The notes: generated from the sequence alone by a model not told the origin. A DNA stretch of 64,000 bases from Thermoplasmata archaeon (GCA_021817605.1 JAKAUN010000002.1:3676-67675), one strand, 5' to 3'; counted from the stretch's first letter, positions 1 to 10,867 are shown. A program made the numbers and translations.

Positions 1-1606
1 CTTCGACCCCGTCGGACGTGCCGACGAACTGGATGTGGATGTCGTAGCGGGAGATGTCCTCTCCCGTGTACTTCTTGATGAGCGCGCTCACGTTCTGCAC
101 GGCCTCCTTGGCGATCTCCCCGAGCTTGCCGGTCGCGACCACGACCCCGCCGTCCCGGGTCTGGGCCGGGGTCACCTCCGCGACGATCGGGAGGACGATG
201 CCCGAGAACTCCGCCATGCCTGTTTGGGCGTTGATCGCGGCGAGGCCGTTCACCACGCCCACCGCGGCACCCTCGGTGGAGAACATCCGGTACTCCTTGC
301 GCCGCTCGATGTAGCGGTCGGCGATCTGCTGCTCGAGCGAGCGGCTGGCGCGCTTCGCCTTGACCACGTGCTCCGCACGGACGATCGGCGAGCCCTCGGC
401 GAGAGCGATGTCACCGGCGACGCGGACCAGGCCGCCGAGCTCGCGGAGGCGTAGCGTGAGCTGCCCCGAGCGGCCGGACCGCCGCTGGGCCTCGCGGATG
501 ACCTCGACGACCGCGGGCTTGTCGAACTGGCCGATCTTCTTGTCCTTGGCAATCTCCTGGGCGATGAACCGCACGAGCTTGAGCCGGTTCTCCGGCACGT
601 CCGGCATCGTCGTCTTGACGTAGAGCTCGTAGCCGTAGCCACGGATGCGGGAGCGCAGCGCGGGATGCATCGACTGGACCGAGTCGACGTTGCCCGCGGC
701 GACCAGGACGAAGTCGGCGGGGACCGGCTCGGTCTTCACCATCGCGCCGGCGGAGCGCTCCGACTGTCCGACGATAGGGAACTTGCGCTCCTGCAGCGCG
801 GTGAGCAACGAGTGCTGGCTCTCGATCTTGAGAAGGTTGATCTCGTCGACGAACAGCACCCCGCCGTTCGCCTTGTGGATCGCCCCGACCTCGACCCGCT
901 CGTGGGGCGGGGTCTCGAGCCCGCCGGACTGGAAGGGGTCGTGCTTCACGTCACCCAGGAGCGCGCCGGCATGGGCGCCGGTGGCATCGACAAACGGCGG
1001 CCTCTCGTCCGAGGTATGCGAGACGAGCAGTTTCGCCACCCCGCTCGCGGAATCCGGCCGCCCACCGGAAAAGCGGGCGAGCGCGTAGATGAAGACCACG
1101 ATGAGCACGCCGAGGAGCAGGGCGGTGAGGTCCCGGGTCGTCCATACGATGTAGAGGACCACGGCGAAGATCGCGAGGGAGATCGCGACGAAGACGAAGG
1201 TGCGGGTCTCCTTCTTCTGGGCCGCTTCGACCTTCTGGGCCGCGACGATCTCCTTGCCTTTGCCCGACGGAACGACCCGTATCTTCGGCTCGTTCGGGTC
1301 CTCGTTGTTGGGGTAGGCCAGGATGTCCTGGAGCGGCTCGTGGGGAAGGAAGTCGACCATCGCCCGGGCGAGCATGCTCTTGCCGGTCCCGGGCTCGCCG
1401 ATGAGGATCATGTGGCGCTTCTGCGTCGCCGCCTTGCGCGCCACCTCGACGGCATCGTCCTGCCCGATCACCTGGTCGAGCAGGCGCGGCGGGACCTCGA
1501 CGTCGGCGGTCGTCTGGTAGGGAAGGGTCTTTGCCCAGGAGTCGAGGTCGGCCGCTGGCGCGGGCTCCCCGACCTGCCCCGACGGTGTATCCGCGCCTTC
1601 TGCCAT
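1..1606 (-). CDS. lonB: Archaeal membrane-bound Lon protease LonB (C-terminal end cut by window edge)
   Basis: Absent from the ORF track because there is no stop in the window. My minus-strand translation from ATG at 1604-1606 reads [10 protein letters not shown]...[16 protein letters not shown] (Walker A). Two hydrophobic helices are inserted in the AAA+ module ([33 protein letters not shown]), followed by GVLFVDEIN (Walker B). The Lon protease domain begins at GVVNGLAA...[25 protein letters not shown] and runs off position 1. Confidence 0.9.
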   Translation of the reverse strand, partial: MAEGADTPSGQVGEPAPAADLDSWAKTLPYQTTADVEVPPRLLDQVIGQDDAVEVARKAATQKRHMILIGEPGTGKSMLARAMVDFLPHEPLQDILAYPNNEDPNEPKIRVVPSGKGKEIVAAQKVEAAQKKETRTFVFVAISLAIFAVVLYIVWTTRDLTALLLGVLIVVFIYALARFSGGRPDSASGVAKLLVSHTSDERPPFVDATGAHAGALLGDVKHDPFQSGGLETPPHERVEVGAIHKANGGVLFVDEINLLKIESQHSLLTALQERKFPIVGQSERSAGAMVKTEPVPADFVLVAAGNVDSVQSMHPALRSRIRGYGYELYVKTTMPDVPENRLKLVRFIAQEIAKDKKIGQFDKPAVVEVIREAQRRSGRSGQLTLRLRELGGLVRVAGDIALAEGSPIVRAEHVVKAKRASRSLEQQIADRYIERRKEYRMFSTEGAAVGVVNGLAAINAQTGMAEFSGIVLPIVAEVTPAQTRDGGVVVATGKLGEIAKEAVQNVSALIKKYTGEDISRYDIHIQFVGTSDGVE

Positions 1607-1667
1607 GGTGGCGTCTCGCCCCTTCGTCCCGAAGGACCGTTGCGCCAGTCAAAGAAGGCGGGAGTCG

Positions 1668-1676
1668 CTATAAATG
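1668..1676. promoter_or_regulatory. Putative TATA box (CTATAAATG / CATTTATAG) in the lonB-folD divergent spacer
   Basis: This is the only AT-rich element in the 195-bp spacer. Its near-palindromic form could serve lonB (ATG 1606, about 65 bp away) and/or folD (ATG 1802). Confidence 0.35.
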
Positions 1677-1801
1677 CTCTCGGTGGCCGGAGCGCCACCC
1701 CAGGGTCCCGGCGCGGCCAAAGGCGCGTCGGGAGCCGTGCGACGCCCGCTACCGGCCCGTTGTTATCTACCGAGCGCGGCTCGGTCGCGAGAGCACCGCC
1801 G

Positions 1802-2695
1802 ATGACGCTCCGTCTGGAGGGCCGGCCCGTCACCGAGGCGATCGACAGGGAGACCCGTTCGATCCTCGCCTCCCTCGGCATGGGAGCCCCACCTCCGCTC
1901 CTCGTCAGCGTGCACCGGGGGGTCGACAGCCCGTTCCGTTTCTACCTAAAGCGCCAGGCGAAGGCCGCCCAGGCGCTCGGAATCGGCTTTCGGGACGACA
2001 CCCTCGCCCCCGGCAACGGGACGGACGAGCTCGCGGCGCGCCTGCGATCGCTCGACCGCGACCCTTCGGTCCACGGCGTGATCGTGGAGCACCCGCTGCC
2101 CGCCCCCTTCGACTTCTTCCGGGCACTCGAGGAGCTTCGTCCCGAGAAGGACATCGACGGCGTCGGCGCGCGGAACTTGGGCAGGCTCCTCGCCCAGCGG
2201 CCGCTCCATGTTCCCGCCGTCGCCCGCGCCGCCCTCGCCATCGCGCGCCACTACCGCCTCCCGCTCGAGGGGCAACCGACGGCGGTCGTGGGCCGCTCCC
2301 CGACCGTCGGGCTCCCTCTCGCGGTCCTCTTGGCCTCGCGGCCCCCGGGCGGCAACGCGAGCGTCCGGCTGCTCCACTCGCAGAGCCGGGACCTCGTCGA
2401 GGGCCTTGCGGGCACCCGGACCATCTTCTCCTGCGCGGGGCGCCCCGGGCTCCTCGACCGTCGCCTGGTGCCCGAGGGGGCGCACGTGGTCGACGTGGGC
2501 CTCTCCAGCGTGCCGGACCCCGGGCGACCGGGCGGCGCTCGGGCGGTCGGCGATGCCGACCCGGACTCCCTGGACGGCTGGGCGGCCTCGCTCACTCCCG
2601 TGCCAGGAGGGGTCGGACCGGTGACCGTCGCCGAGCTGATGGCGAACACCGCGCGAGCCTGGCAGGTTCAGCTTAAGGGAACGGGCGACGCATGA
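1802..2695 (+). CDS. folD: Bifunctional methylenetetrahydrofolate dehydrogenase/cyclohydrolase FolD
   Basis: Internal ATG, in frame with ORF 665..2695. Sequence reads MTLRLEGRPVTEAIDRE...YLKRQAKAAQALGI...VHGVIVEHPLP...DIDGV...VVGRSPTVGLPLA...TPVPGGVGPVTVA, typical of FolD. The upstream part of the track ORF is antisense to lonB. Confidence 0.9.
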   Translation: MTLRLEGRPVTEAIDRETRSILASLGMGAPPPLLVSVHRGVDSPFRFYLKRQAKAAQALGIGFRDDTLAPGNGTDELAARLRSLDRDPSVHGVIVEHPLPAPFDFFRALEELRPEKDIDGVGARNLGRLLAQRPLHVPAVARAALAIARHYRLPLEGQPTAVVGRSPTVGLPLAVLLASRPPGGNASVRLLHSQSRDLVEGLAGTRTIFSCAGRPGLLDRRLVPEGAHVVDVGLSSVPDPGRPGGARAVGDADPDSLDGWAASLTPVPGGVGPVTVAELMANTARAWQVQLKGTGDA

Positions 2696-3060
2696 GCCCG
2701 CCCCGGCCCGCCCGACGCGCTCGCTCCGCTCGGCCGCCCCCTCCCCTGCACTGCCGCGACTGCCCGATGTGGTACGGGGCGGAGGACGGGGGCTGGGGAC
2801 CCTGTTCGATCAAACACCGGCGCGGAGACCCCCGCTACCTCACCTTCGGGGGCCACCCGTGCGACGAGGGTTACGTGCCGCCCGAGCCGACGCCCAGCTG
2901 GGATCTGGCCGCCTCGTTGAGCGGCGAGCGCTCGACCTCGAGCGCGTCGGCGGTGGGGTACTCCTCGACCTCGAAGGCAGGCCAGGGGAGCCGAGCCGCC
3001 ACGCGGCGCAGGCGGGCCGGGGCGAGCTCGACGCGGCGGCGAGCCAGGTCGAGGCGGTAG
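2692..3060 (+). CDS. Hypothetical small Cys/His-rich protein, start overlapping the folD stop (ATGA)
   Basis: ORF 2692..3060 begins MSPPRPARRARSARPPPPLHCRDCPMWYGAEDGGWGPCSIKHRRGDPRYLTFGGHPCDEGYVPP. About the first 75 codons are mostly G/C-ending like real genes. The S/R-rich tail is antisense to the 3' end of the convergent radical SAM gene. Confidence 0.3.
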   Translation: MSPPRPARRARSARPPPPLHCRDCPMWYGAEDGGWGPCSIKHRRGDPRYLTFGGHPCDEGYVPPEPTPSWDLAASLSGERSTSSASAVGYSSTSKAGQGSRAATRRRRAGASSTRRRARSRR

Positions 3061-4010
3061 CTCCCCGTCGGAAGCTTCGAGCGACGCGCCACCCGTGTCG
3101 CCCAACGGCCCAGCTCGCCGACCGGCCCCGCCTCGACCACGCCGAGGACGATCGTGCCGTCCTCGGTGGTCTCGGCAAAGGTCGGGGCCGTCCGTTCGGC
3201 CCTCCGCAGCAGTCGCCGGCGGAGCTGCACGCCGTCCTTGAACCGGGAGGAGCAGTAGTGGACCGGGAGCCCCGGGGGAGCCTCCCGCACGAGACGCTCC
3301 GCCACGGAGCGGCTTCCCCGGACCCCCCAGCCGTTGCGGGCATCGGTGCGGTAGCCGCGGTCGAGCAGCAAGGCCTCGTTGGTCTCGGAGAACTCGAGCT
3401 CGTTGAGGTTGACGAAATCGACCCCGATCTCCCGCAGGGTCCGCAGAAGACGGCGCAGCTCGGCCTCCTTCTCGGGGAGGACGGGGATCTCCACCCCCCG
3501 GCGGATCCCCCAGCGTGGCGCCTCCTCGAGGACCTTGCGGTAGGCGCCTCCCGACGACGCGAGCGGCCCCCAGAGGTAGTGGGGAACGTGGAGGCGGAAC
3601 TCGTCCAGACCCGCGGCGGCGAGCCGCCTAAGCTTCTCGGCGTTGGGCTCGTGCGTGTAGAGATGGATGTGGTGGTCCGGCCCGAACTCGCGCTTGAGCA
3701 GGCGCACGTAGTGCTCCACGCGATCGACGACCCCAAGCGGGTCCCCTCCCGTGATGCCGGTGCCCGCGGCGCCGATCGCCCGGGCCTCCTCGAGGAGGTC
3801 GGAGTCGCTGCGGACCCGCCGTTCGTTGGCGTAGACGACGTCAATCTGGTTGCGTGAGGGGGAAACCGGGCAGTAAAAGCAGCGGAACCTGCAGAGCCCC
3901 GTGACGAAGAGCACCATCTTACGCCCCTCGCCGCACTGCGTGCACGCCGGCGAGAGCGCCCCCCGGTGGCTCGACGCCATCGGCAGAAGCGCAAGGCCCG
4001 TGGTCTCCAT
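2871..4010 (-). CDS. Radical SAM domain protein (unknown substrate)
   Basis: 379-aa ORF with the CxxxCxxC cluster motif (GLCRFRCFYCPV) near the N-terminus, a GGDP glycine-rich SAM motif (ITGGDPLG) and a C-terminal extension. Confidence 0.8.
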   Translation of the reverse strand: METTGLALLPMASSHRGALSPACTQCGEGRKMVLFVTGLCRFRCFYCPVSPSRNQIDVVYANERRVRSDSDLLEEARAIGAAGTGITGGDPLGVVDRVEHYVRLLKREFGPDHHIHLYTHEPNAEKLRRLAAAGLDEFRLHVPHYLWGPLASSGGAYRKVLEEAPRWGIRRGVEIPVLPEKEAELRRLLRTLREIGVDFVNLNELEFSETNEALLLDRGYRTDARNGWGVRGSRSVAERLVREAPPGLPVHYCSSRFKDGVQLRRRLLRRAERTAPTFAETTEDGTIVLGVVEAGPVGELGRWATRVARRSKLPTGSYRLDLARRRVELAPARLRRVAARLPWPAFEVEEYPTADALEVERSPLNEAARSQLGVGSGGT

Positions 4011-4195
4011 GGGAGGGAAGCGAGCGGCGCGCCCGCTCTAAGGATTTCCGCCCGCTCGGCGGCTCCTCCGGAGGCGGCGTCGGGCCCGGTCCGGTTGCGT
4101 CGGGCCACCTGGTGGGGTCAGGGCGAGAGCTAGGCGCAGGCTCAAATGCCCCACCTGATTCGCCGCCACCACTTCGGGGGCCGCTAGCGATGGAG

Positions 4196-4954
4196 ATGCA
4201 ACCGGGCCAGATGGCGTACGACCGTGCGAGCACCGTGTTCTCGCCGGACGGGCGGCTCTTCCAGGTCGAGTACGCCCTCCAGGCGATCCAGATGGGAGGC
4301 ACGGCGGTCGCCGTGACCTACGACACGGGGATCGTCTTCGTCGCCTACCGCAACCTGCCGGTGAGCACGCTCGCCGAGGCCAGGTCGATCGAGAAGAGCT
4401 TCGCCGTCGACAGCGGCCTCGGCTGCGTCACCGCCGGCCTCATCGCCGACTCGCGGGTCTTGGTCGAGTTCCTCCGCGTCGAGGCCCAGCGCCATCGCCT
4501 CACCTACGGTGAGACGATCCCCTACAGCCTTCTCGGCCATTCTCTCGGGACCCTTCTCCAGCAGTACACGCAGTTCGGAGGGACCCGGCCGTTCGCCGTG
4601 TCGCTCCTCCTCGGAGGCTTCACGGGCAGGGCCCCGGGCCTCATCGAGCTCGACCCGAGCGGCGCGACGATCGGCTGGAGGGCATATGCCATCGGCCGCA
4701 ACCGCCGCGCGGTCGCCGACTTCCTCGAGGAGAAGATGCCCGAGCGGCCGAACGAGGAGGCGGCCTTCAAGCTCGCCGTCCAGGCGGTCGCCGAGGGGTC
4801 GCCCACGCCGTTCCAGCCCGAATCTCTGGACGCTGCGATCCTCGAACCCGACTCGGAGCTCCGTCGCCTGCCGACGGCCGATATCGCCCGCCGAGTCCAG
4901 GGGCTGCCGTTCATCGGCGCCCCGGAGCGCAAGGGAGCCGCCCGCGGGGCGTGA
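4196..4954 (+). CDS. psmA: Proteasome subunit alpha
   Basis: MQPGQMAYDRASTVFSPDGRLFQVEYALQAIQMGGTAV is the canonical archaeal alpha-subunit N-terminus. ATG 4190 (MEMQPGQ) is an alternative start. The track ORF start at 4112 is an over-extension. Confidence 0.93.
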   Translation: MQPGQMAYDRASTVFSPDGRLFQVEYALQAIQMGGTAVAVTYDTGIVFVAYRNLPVSTLAEARSIEKSFAVDSGLGCVTAGLIADSRVLVEFLRVEAQRHRLTYGETIPYSLLGHSLGTLLQQYTQFGGTRPFAVSLLLGGFTGRAPGLIELDPSGATIGWRAYAIGRNRRAVADFLEEKMPERPNEEAAFKLAVQAVAEGSPTPFQPESLDAAILEPDSELRRLPTADIARRVQGLPFIGAPERKGAARGA

Positions 4955-5511
4955 CGTCCCGACGCGCTCCGGTGGCTGCTCCTCGCCTCGCTTTCGGCAA
5001 GGACGACGCGCGCGCGCTCGTCGCCTACAACGAGGCCGTCTTCGAGAGGTACGCCCGTCGGCTCGCGCGCCTTCCCCGGGACGCGGCGACGCGCCGACGG
5101 GAGATAGGGCACCAGAGCCTCTTCGACACCCTCGTCCACATCCTCAACGTCCACGAGGTCTGGCTCGTCTACATCGTGCCGGGCCGGCAGCGCGAGCTGC
5201 CCGGGCTCTTCCGCCAGAGCTACCGGCGCCCGAAGGATCTCGCCGGCCTTCGCAGCTACGCGCGGCAGGTCTGGGAAGGGGCCCGTTCGACCGTCGAGGG
5301 GCTCACCGAACGCACGCTCGGAGAGCGGGTGAAGGCGCCGTGGATGCCCGGCCGCTACACCGTCCGCGACGCGCTCCTCCAGACCACGCTCGAGCAGGCG
5401 CACCACCTGGGGGAGGTCATCGCGGCGCTCTGGCAGGACGACATCGAACCTCCCGAGATGACCTGGATCGACACGCGCCGCTCGGCGGCCCGCACGCGGC
5501 GCCGCCCTTGA
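4951..5511 (+). CDS. DinB-like (DUF664/DinB_2) metal-dependent four-helix-bundle protein
   Basis: 186-aa ORF with His-containing helices (LFDTLVHILNVHEVW, LEQAHHLGEVIAAL). The GTG start overlaps the psmA TGA (GTGA at 4951-4954). Confidence 0.65.
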   Translation: MTSRRAPVAAPRLAFGKDDARALVAYNEAVFERYARRLARLPRDAATRRREIGHQSLFDTLVHILNVHEVWLVYIVPGRQRELPGLFRQSYRRPKDLAGLRSYARQVWEGARSTVEGLTERTLGERVKAPWMPGRYTVRDALLQTTLEQAHHLGEVIAALWQDDIEPPEMTWIDTRRSAARTRRRP

Positions 5512-5545
5512 CGGCCGGCGCCCCTTCCTGACGAGGCGTCGGGGG

Positions 5546-7273
5546 CTACGGCGCGTCGGCACGGCCGGCAGCGCGGGACGCGCCGTCGAACTCCTCGTGG
5601 AGACGCATGCGACGGCGGGTCCTGTGGTAGCTCACCGCGAAGCGATGCGCCTCGTCGCGCACCGCGCGAAGGAGGAGCATCGGCGGGGAGTTCGGGTTCG
5701 GGCGGATCGGATCGCGTCGGTCAGGCAGGTAGACCTCCTCCTCGCGCTTGGCCAGCCCGATCGCCGGAAGTCGGTCGGCGAGCCCCAGCGCCGCGAGCGA
5801 GGAGAGGGCCGCAGAGAGCTGGCCGGCCCCGCCGTCCACCACCAGGAGGTCGGGGAGACGTTCCTCCTCGGCCAGGCGGCGGAGGTAGCGGCGTCGGACG
5901 ACCTCGGCGATCATGGCAAAGTCGTTGGTCCCGGCGACCGAGCGGATGCGGAAGCGGCGGTACTCCGAGCGCTTGGCCACCCCGCGCTCGAAGACGACCA
6001 GCGAGCCGACGGCCTCGGAGCCCTGGAAGAGCGAGATGTCGGTCCCCTCGATGTGGGTGGGCAGGGTCGGCAGTTCGAGCAGGCTCTGGAGGGCGGCGAG
6101 GACCTCGCGCGGGGCCGGCCGGGCGACGACCTGGTCGACGGTCGCGCGCGCGAGACGCTCGGCGAGGCGGGCGAGCGACGCGTAGCGGCCCGTCGGGCGG
6201 AACTGTACCTCGACCCCCCGCGCGCCGAGAAGCTCGTCGATCGTCACGTCGATCCCCGCGGGCCGCGGCCCCGAGAGGTAGATCCTCCCGGGCAGCTCGA
6301 TCCGGCCGCCGTAGAACTGCGTGAGGAACTGCCGCCAGAGCTCCCCCGGTTCGGGGATGTCGTCCGCCGGCACCGCCATGAGGTGCGGCTCGGTCGCGCG
6401 GACCTCGCCGTCCTCCACGTGGAGAAGGCCGACCGCGACCCGGAGCGTGGACGGCTCGTTGGGATAGGCTAGGGCGAGGACGTCGACCCGTCCGGAGCCG
6501 GGACCGACGACCGACTGGCGCTCGCGCAGCGCCCCGAGGCCGGCGAGGGCGTCCCGGAGGAGACCCGCGCGCTCGAACTCCTCGCGACGGGCGGCCGAGC
6601 GCATCTCGGACTCCACCTCCTGGCGGAGGCCGGCGGTCTCGCCGCGGAGGACCTCGGTCGCCCGGTCGATCTGGGCACGGTAGCCCTTCGGGTCGATCGC
6701 GCCGATACACGGCGCGCTGCAGACCCCGAGGTGGTAGTAGAGGCACGCCGCCTTGGGGAGGCGCACGCACCGCCGCAGCCGGAACAGGTCCCCGAGCAGG
6801 CGCTCGACGCCGCGCGCCTCGCGCACGCTCGTATACGGCCCGAAGAGGACGAGCCCGCGGCGACGGCGCGGGCGGCGGACGAGCACGATCCTCGGGAACT
6901 CCTCCTCGAGGGTGACGGCGAGGTACGGGTAGCTGCGATCGTCCTTGAGGAGGGCGTTGTACGCCGGCTGGTACTGGCGCACCAGGCTCGCCTCGAGCAG
7001 GAGCGCCTCGCGCTCGCTCGCGGTCGGGACGAACTCGACGCTCGCGCTCTTGGCGAGGATCGTCCCGTCCTTCTCGACGCGCGCGCGGAGGTGGTCGAGG
7101 ACCCTCCGCCGAAGGTTGCGCGACTTGCCGACGTAGACGACCTCGCCGGTCGGCGAGCGGAACAGGTAGACTCCCGGCGAATTCGGGCCGGCCTTGAACC
7201 CCTCCTGCTGGACGGCCGCGAGCTCGCTCGCCCGCACGAAGCCGGCGGCCTCGGTCGCCCCGGGCTCGCTCAT
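5546..7273 (-). CDS. uvrC: Excinuclease ABC subunit C
   Basis: Internal ATG at 7273, in frame with ORF 5546..8296. The GIY-YIG motif is present (PGVYLFRSPTGEVVYVGKSRNLRRRVLDH...YQPAYN), followed by a UVR domain, the endonuclease domain and (HhH)2. The start overlaps the uvrA stop (ATGA). Confidence 0.93.
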   Translation of the reverse strand: MSEPGATEAAGFVRASELAAVQQEGFKAGPNSPGVYLFRSPTGEVVYVGKSRNLRRRVLDHLRARVEKDGTILAKSASVEFVPTASEREALLLEASLVRQYQPAYNALLKDDRSYPYLAVTLEEEFPRIVLVRRPRRRRGLVLFGPYTSVREARGVERLLGDLFRLRRCVRLPKAACLYYHLGVCSAPCIGAIDPKGYRAQIDRATEVLRGETAGLRQEVESEMRSAARREEFERAGLLRDALAGLGALRERQSVVGPGSGRVDVLALAYPNEPSTLRVAVGLLHVEDGEVRATEPHLMAVPADDIPEPGELWRQFLTQFYGGRIELPGRIYLSGPRPAGIDVTIDELLGARGVEVQFRPTGRYASLARLAERLARATVDQVVARPAPREVLAALQSLLELPTLPTHIEGTDISLFQGSEAVGSLVVFERGVAKRSEYRRFRIRSVAGTNDFAMIAEVVRRRYLRRLAEEERLPDLLVVDGGAGQLSAALSSLAALGLADRLPAIGLAKREEEVYLPDRRDPIRPNPNSPPMLLLRAVRDEAHRFAVSYHRTRRRMRLHEEFDGASRAAGRADAP

Positions 7274-10128
7274 GGGGCGCGAGCGCGCGCCCGGGGCGCC
7301 GGGCCGTGGCCCACAAGCCCGCTCAGGAACCGACCGGTGTGCGAGCGGCTCTCGCGGGCGACCTCCTCGGGGGTCCCCGAGGCGACGACGTGGCCGCCGC
7401 CCGGCCCGCCCTCCGGACCGAGGTCGATGAGCCAGTCGGCGCTCTTGAGCACGTCCAGATGGTGCTCGATGACGACCACGGTGTTGCCCCCCGCGCGCAG
7501 GCGCAGGAGGACCGAGAGCAACCGCTCGACGTCGGCGAAGTGAAGGCCCGTCGTCGGCTCGTCCAGAAGGTAGAGGGTCCGGCCCGTCGGCGGCTTGGCG
7601 AGCTCGAAGGCGATCTTGATCCGCTGGGCCTCCCCGCCCGAGAGGGTGGTCGCGCTCTGGCCGAGCCGGACGTAGCCAAGGCCGACCTCGCTCAGCAGCT
7701 TGAGCCGCGAGGCGATGCGCCGGTGGTTGGCGAAGAACGCGAGCGCCTCGTCCACGGTCATGTCGAGGACGTCGGCGATCGTCTTCTCCTTGAACGTCAC
7801 CTCGAGGGTCTCGGAGTTGAACCTCTTGCCGTGGCACTCCTCGCAGACGACGTAGACGTCGGGAAGGAAGTGCATCTCGTAGCGCAGCACCCCGTCCCCG
7901 TCGCACGCCTCGCAGCGTCCGCCGGCGACGTTGAAGCTGAACCGCCCCGGCGCGAAGCCACGGGCCTTCGCCTCGGGGAGGCTCGCGAAGAGCTCGCGGA
8001 CCGGGGTCATCACTCCGGTGTACGTCGCCGGGTTCGATCGCGGGGTCCGGCCGATAGGCGACTGGTCGATGAACAGGACCCGGTCGATCGTCTCGATCCC
8101 TTCGATGAACTCGTGCTGTCCGGGACGCTCCCGCCCCAGACCGAGGTGGCGGCGGACCGCCTTGTAGAGGATCTCCTCGAGGACCGTGGACTTCCCGCTT
8201 CCCGAGACCCCCGAAAGGGCCACGAGGAGGCCGAGCGGGATGCGGACGTCCTCTCCCTTGAGGTTGTGCTCCGTGGGGCCGTGGATCGTCAGCCACCGGC
8301 CGGTCGGCCGCGCCCGGGTCGCGGGGACGAGGATCGACCTCCGTCCCGAGAGGAACTCGGCGGTGAGCGAGCGCGGGGTGCCTCCGACCGACTCGGGCGG
8401 GCCGGCGTAGAGGAGCTCGCCGCCGTGGACGCCGGCTCCCGGTCCCAGGTCGAGCAACCAGTCGGCCTCGCGCATCGTCATCTCGTCATGCTCGACGACC
8501 AGCAGGGTGTTGCCCAGATCGCGCAGCGTCTTGAGGGTCGAGAGCAGGCGCGCGTGATCGCGGGGATGGAGCCCGATCGACGGCTCGTCCAGGATGTAGA
8601 GGACACCGACGAGCCCCGAGCCGATCTGCGTCGCGAGCGCGATGCGCTCCGCCTCGCCTCCCGAGAGCGAGCCGGAGGCACGGTCGAGCGAGAGGTAGTT
8701 GAGCCCGACGTTCTCGAGGAAGGAGAGGCGGGAGCGGATCTCCTTGACGACCGGTCCCACGATCTTGAGGTCCCTCTCGGCCAGCCGAAGGTCGCGGAAC
8801 AGCTCGATGGCGTCGCTGACGGTCATCGAGGCGATCTCGGCGACCGACCGACCCTCGACCGTCACGGCGAGGCTCGCCGGTTTTAGACGACGACCGGCGC
8901 ACGAGCGGCAGGTGACGAAGGAGAGGAAGCCGAGGTAGTACTCCTTCGCCCCCTCGCTCTTGGTCGTGCGCCACCGCCTCTCGACCGCCGCGACCAGGCC
9001 TTCCTTGCGCCAGCCGCCGACCCACCAGTGCTCGGGCCCCCGGGCGGAGGGGACGGCGGCGCGCTCGGAGCCGTACATGAGCGCCTTCCACCCCTTCTCG
9101 GAGAGCTCGCGGATCGGACGACGGGAGTCGGAACCGAACTCCCGCGAGAACCTCGCGAGCGACTCGGAGGCCGGCGTGAGCCCCCAGACGGCGATCGCGC
9201 GTCCGATCGGCTTGTCCTTGTCCGGGACGATCCGGTCCGGGTCGCCGTGGAGCGTGGCGCCGATGCCGAGGCATTCCGGGCAGGCGCCGATGGGGTTGTT
9301 GAACGAGAACATCCGCGGCGTGAGCTCCTCGATGGAGAAGCCGCAGGTCGGGCAGGCCCGGCGGCTCGAGAAGGTCGTGCGCTCCCCGCCCGCCCGGCGG
9401 ACGACGAGGAGCCCGTCGCCGAGCTCGCGTGCGAGCGCGACGGACTCGGAAAGCCGGCTCTCCTCCTCGGGGCCGACCTCGAGGCTGTCGACGAGCACCT
9501 CGATCGTGTGCTTCTTGTTCTTGCCCAGTCGGATCTCCGGGCCGGGGAGGCGGACCTCGACACCATCGATGACGAAGCGCCGGTAGCCCTGGGCCCTCAG
9601 CTTGGCGAGGAGCTCGCGATGCTCGCCTTTCATCGCCCGGACGACCGGGGCGATGAGGTCGACCTTCTCGCCGCGGGCGGTGCGGGAGATCGCCTCGACG
9701 ATCCGGTCGATCGACTGGGGAGCGATCTCCTCTCCGTCGTTCGGGCAGTGCGGTACTCCGACCCGGGCGAAGAGGAGCCTCAGGTAGTCGTAGATCTCGG
9801 TGACGGTCCCGACCGTCGAGCGGGGATTGCGGCTGCCGGCACGCTGCTCGATCGCGATCGCCGGCGAGAGCCCCTCGATCGAGTCGACCTCGGGCTTGTC
9901 CATCTGGCCCAGGAACTGGCGGGCGTAGGCCGAGAGGCTCTCGATGTAGCGGCGCTGCCCCTCGGCGTAGAGGGTGTCGAAGGCCAGCGACGACTTTCCC
10001 GAGCCGCTCACTCCGGTGACGACGACGAACTTGCCTCGGGGGATGTCGACGGAGATGTTCTTGAGGTTGTGCTGGCGTGCGCCGCGGACCCGGATCCCGT
10101 CAAGGTCGGCGGCCATGGACGTTCTCAC
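7270..10128 (-). CDS. uvrA: Excinuclease ABC subunit A
   Basis: 952 aa. Sequence reads [61 protein letters not shown], with two ABC ATPase modules ([25 protein letters not shown]) and zinc-finger Cys pairs. ATG 10116 (MAADLDG) is an alternative start. Confidence 0.95.
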   Translation of the reverse strand: MRTSMAADLDGIRVRGARQHNLKNISVDIPRGKFVVVTGVSGSGKSSLAFDTLYAEGQRRYIESLSAYARQFLGQMDKPEVDSIEGLSPAIAIEQRAGSRNPRSTVGTVTEIYDYLRLLFARVGVPHCPNDGEEIAPQSIDRIVEAISRTARGEKVDLIAPVVRAMKGEHRELLAKLRAQGYRRFVIDGVEVRLPGPEIRLGKNKKHTIEVLVDSLEVGPEEESRLSESVALARELGDGLLVVRRAGGERTTFSSRRACPTCGFSIEELTPRMFSFNNPIGACPECLGIGATLHGDPDRIVPDKDKPIGRAIAVWGLTPASESLARFSREFGSDSRRPIRELSEKGWKALMYGSERAAVPSARGPEHWWVGGWRKEGLVAAVERRWRTTKSEGAKEYYLGFLSFVTCRSCAGRRLKPASLAVTVEGRSVAEIASMTVSDAIELFRDLRLAERDLKIVGPVVKEIRSRLSFLENVGLNYLSLDRASGSLSGGEAERIALATQIGSGLVGVLYILDEPSIGLHPRDHARLLSTLKTLRDLGNTLLVVEHDEMTMREADWLLDLGPGAGVHGGELLYAGPPESVGGTPRSLTAEFLSGRRSILVPATRARPTGRWLTIHGPTEHNLKGEDVRIPLGLLVALSGVSGSGKSTVLEEILYKAVRRHLGLGRERPGQHEFIEGIETIDRVLFIDQSPIGRTPRSNPATYTGVMTPVRELFASLPEAKARGFAPGRFSFNVAGGRCEACDGDGVLRYEMHFLPDVYVVCEECHGKRFNSETLEVTFKEKTIADVLDMTVDEALAFFANHRRIASRLKLLSEVGLGYVRLGQSATTLSGGEAQRIKIAFELAKPPTGRTLYLLDEPTTGLHFADVERLLSVLLRLRAGGNTVVVIEHHLDVLKSADWLIDLGPEGGPGGGHVVASGTPEEVARESRSHTGRFLSGLVGHGPAPRARARAP

Positions 10129-10847
10129 GCGGCCAGCAGCTTGCCGACCGTCTCCACGAGGCGGTCGAGCACGTAGCCCTGGACCTTGCGTCCGAGCTCG
10201 GCGCTCGCGGGCCGGCTGTCACCGATGACGCTCTCGGGCCAATCCTCCTCGCGGGGGGAGCCCGGGACGAACGGGCTGTGGCGGTACTCCCCGACCGGAC
10301 GCGCGTCGCCGACGGTCTCGGGGGCGAGGGCGAGGACGCGAGAGGTCTCGAGCAAGCCCCCGTGACCGTCGGTCGGAGGGCTCTCCTTGCCTCGAAGCTC
10401 GTAGACGAAGTCGTAGTCGGAAAGGACGACCACCCGCGTCCCCGGGTGCTCCCGCATCGTGGACTCCCCGGCCTCGCGCAGCGCGGCCATGTGGCCTCGC
10501 TCGGCGTGGCCCGAGAGGACGAGGAGCCGGCGGGCACCGGAACGGGCGAGTTCGCCGAGTACGGCGCTCACGTAGCTCCCGAGCTCCCCGAGGCGCAGCG
10601 AGACGGTCCCGGGGAAGCGGCGGGCCCCAGGCGCGGAGCCGTAGGCGACGCTCGGCGCGACAAGCGCGTCGATCCGCTCGGCGAGGGCGTCGGCGGTCGC
10701 CTCGGCCTGGATCTGGTCCGCGCCGAGGGGCAGGTGCGGCCCGTGGGCCTCGAGGGCACCGACGGGCAGGATCACCACCGGGTTGGACGCGAGCCGTCGC
10801 TCGAACGTCCGCGAGTCCATCCCGAGGAGTTTTCGGGCTCCGACCAC
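10125..10847 (-). CDS. Creatininase-family amidohydrolase (possibly an ArfB-like deformylase)
   Basis: Family-typical sequence [20 protein letters not shown]...[10 protein letters not shown]...GHGGLLETS. Its TGA overlaps the GTG of uvrA (GTGA), so it is the first gene of a creatininase-uvrA-uvrC operon. Confidence 0.78.
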   Translation of the reverse strand: MVGARKLLGMDSRTFERRLASNPVVILPVGALEAHGPHLPLGADQIQAEATADALAERIDALVAPSVAYGSAPGARRFPGTVSLRLGELGSYVSAVLGELARSGARRLLVLSGHAERGHMAALREAGESTMREHPGTRVVVLSDYDFVYELRGKESPPTDGHGGLLETSRVLALAPETVGDARPVGEYRHSPFVPGSPREEDWPESVIGDSRPASAELGRKVQGYVLDRLVETVGKLLAA

Positions 10848-10867
10848 GAGCGTTCGAGCGGGGGGCG

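Noticed and set aside
1677-1801. Folate- or ZTP-type riboswitch in the folD leader. Two stable hairpins are present: GGTGGC-N6-GCCACC and a 9-bp stem CCCGGCGCG...CGCGTCGGG around 1700-1740.
   Set aside because: There is no resemblance to the ZTP (pfl) or THF riboswitch consensus that I can recall. Riboswitches are rare in archaea, and GC-rich spacers form such stems by chance.
5546-8296. 916-aa track ORF suggesting a much larger UvrC. The same pattern occurs for 37242..39740 (832 aa), 665..2695 (676 aa), 13954..15948 (664 aa), 48212..49963 and 30301..31971.
   Set aside because: Only the 3' portions carry real domains: UvrC from ATG 7273, FtsZ-like from 38715, FolD from 1802, DUF35 from 14487, UbiX from 49388 and the methyltransferase from 31189. 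The 5' parts overlap other well-supported genes in another frame or strand.
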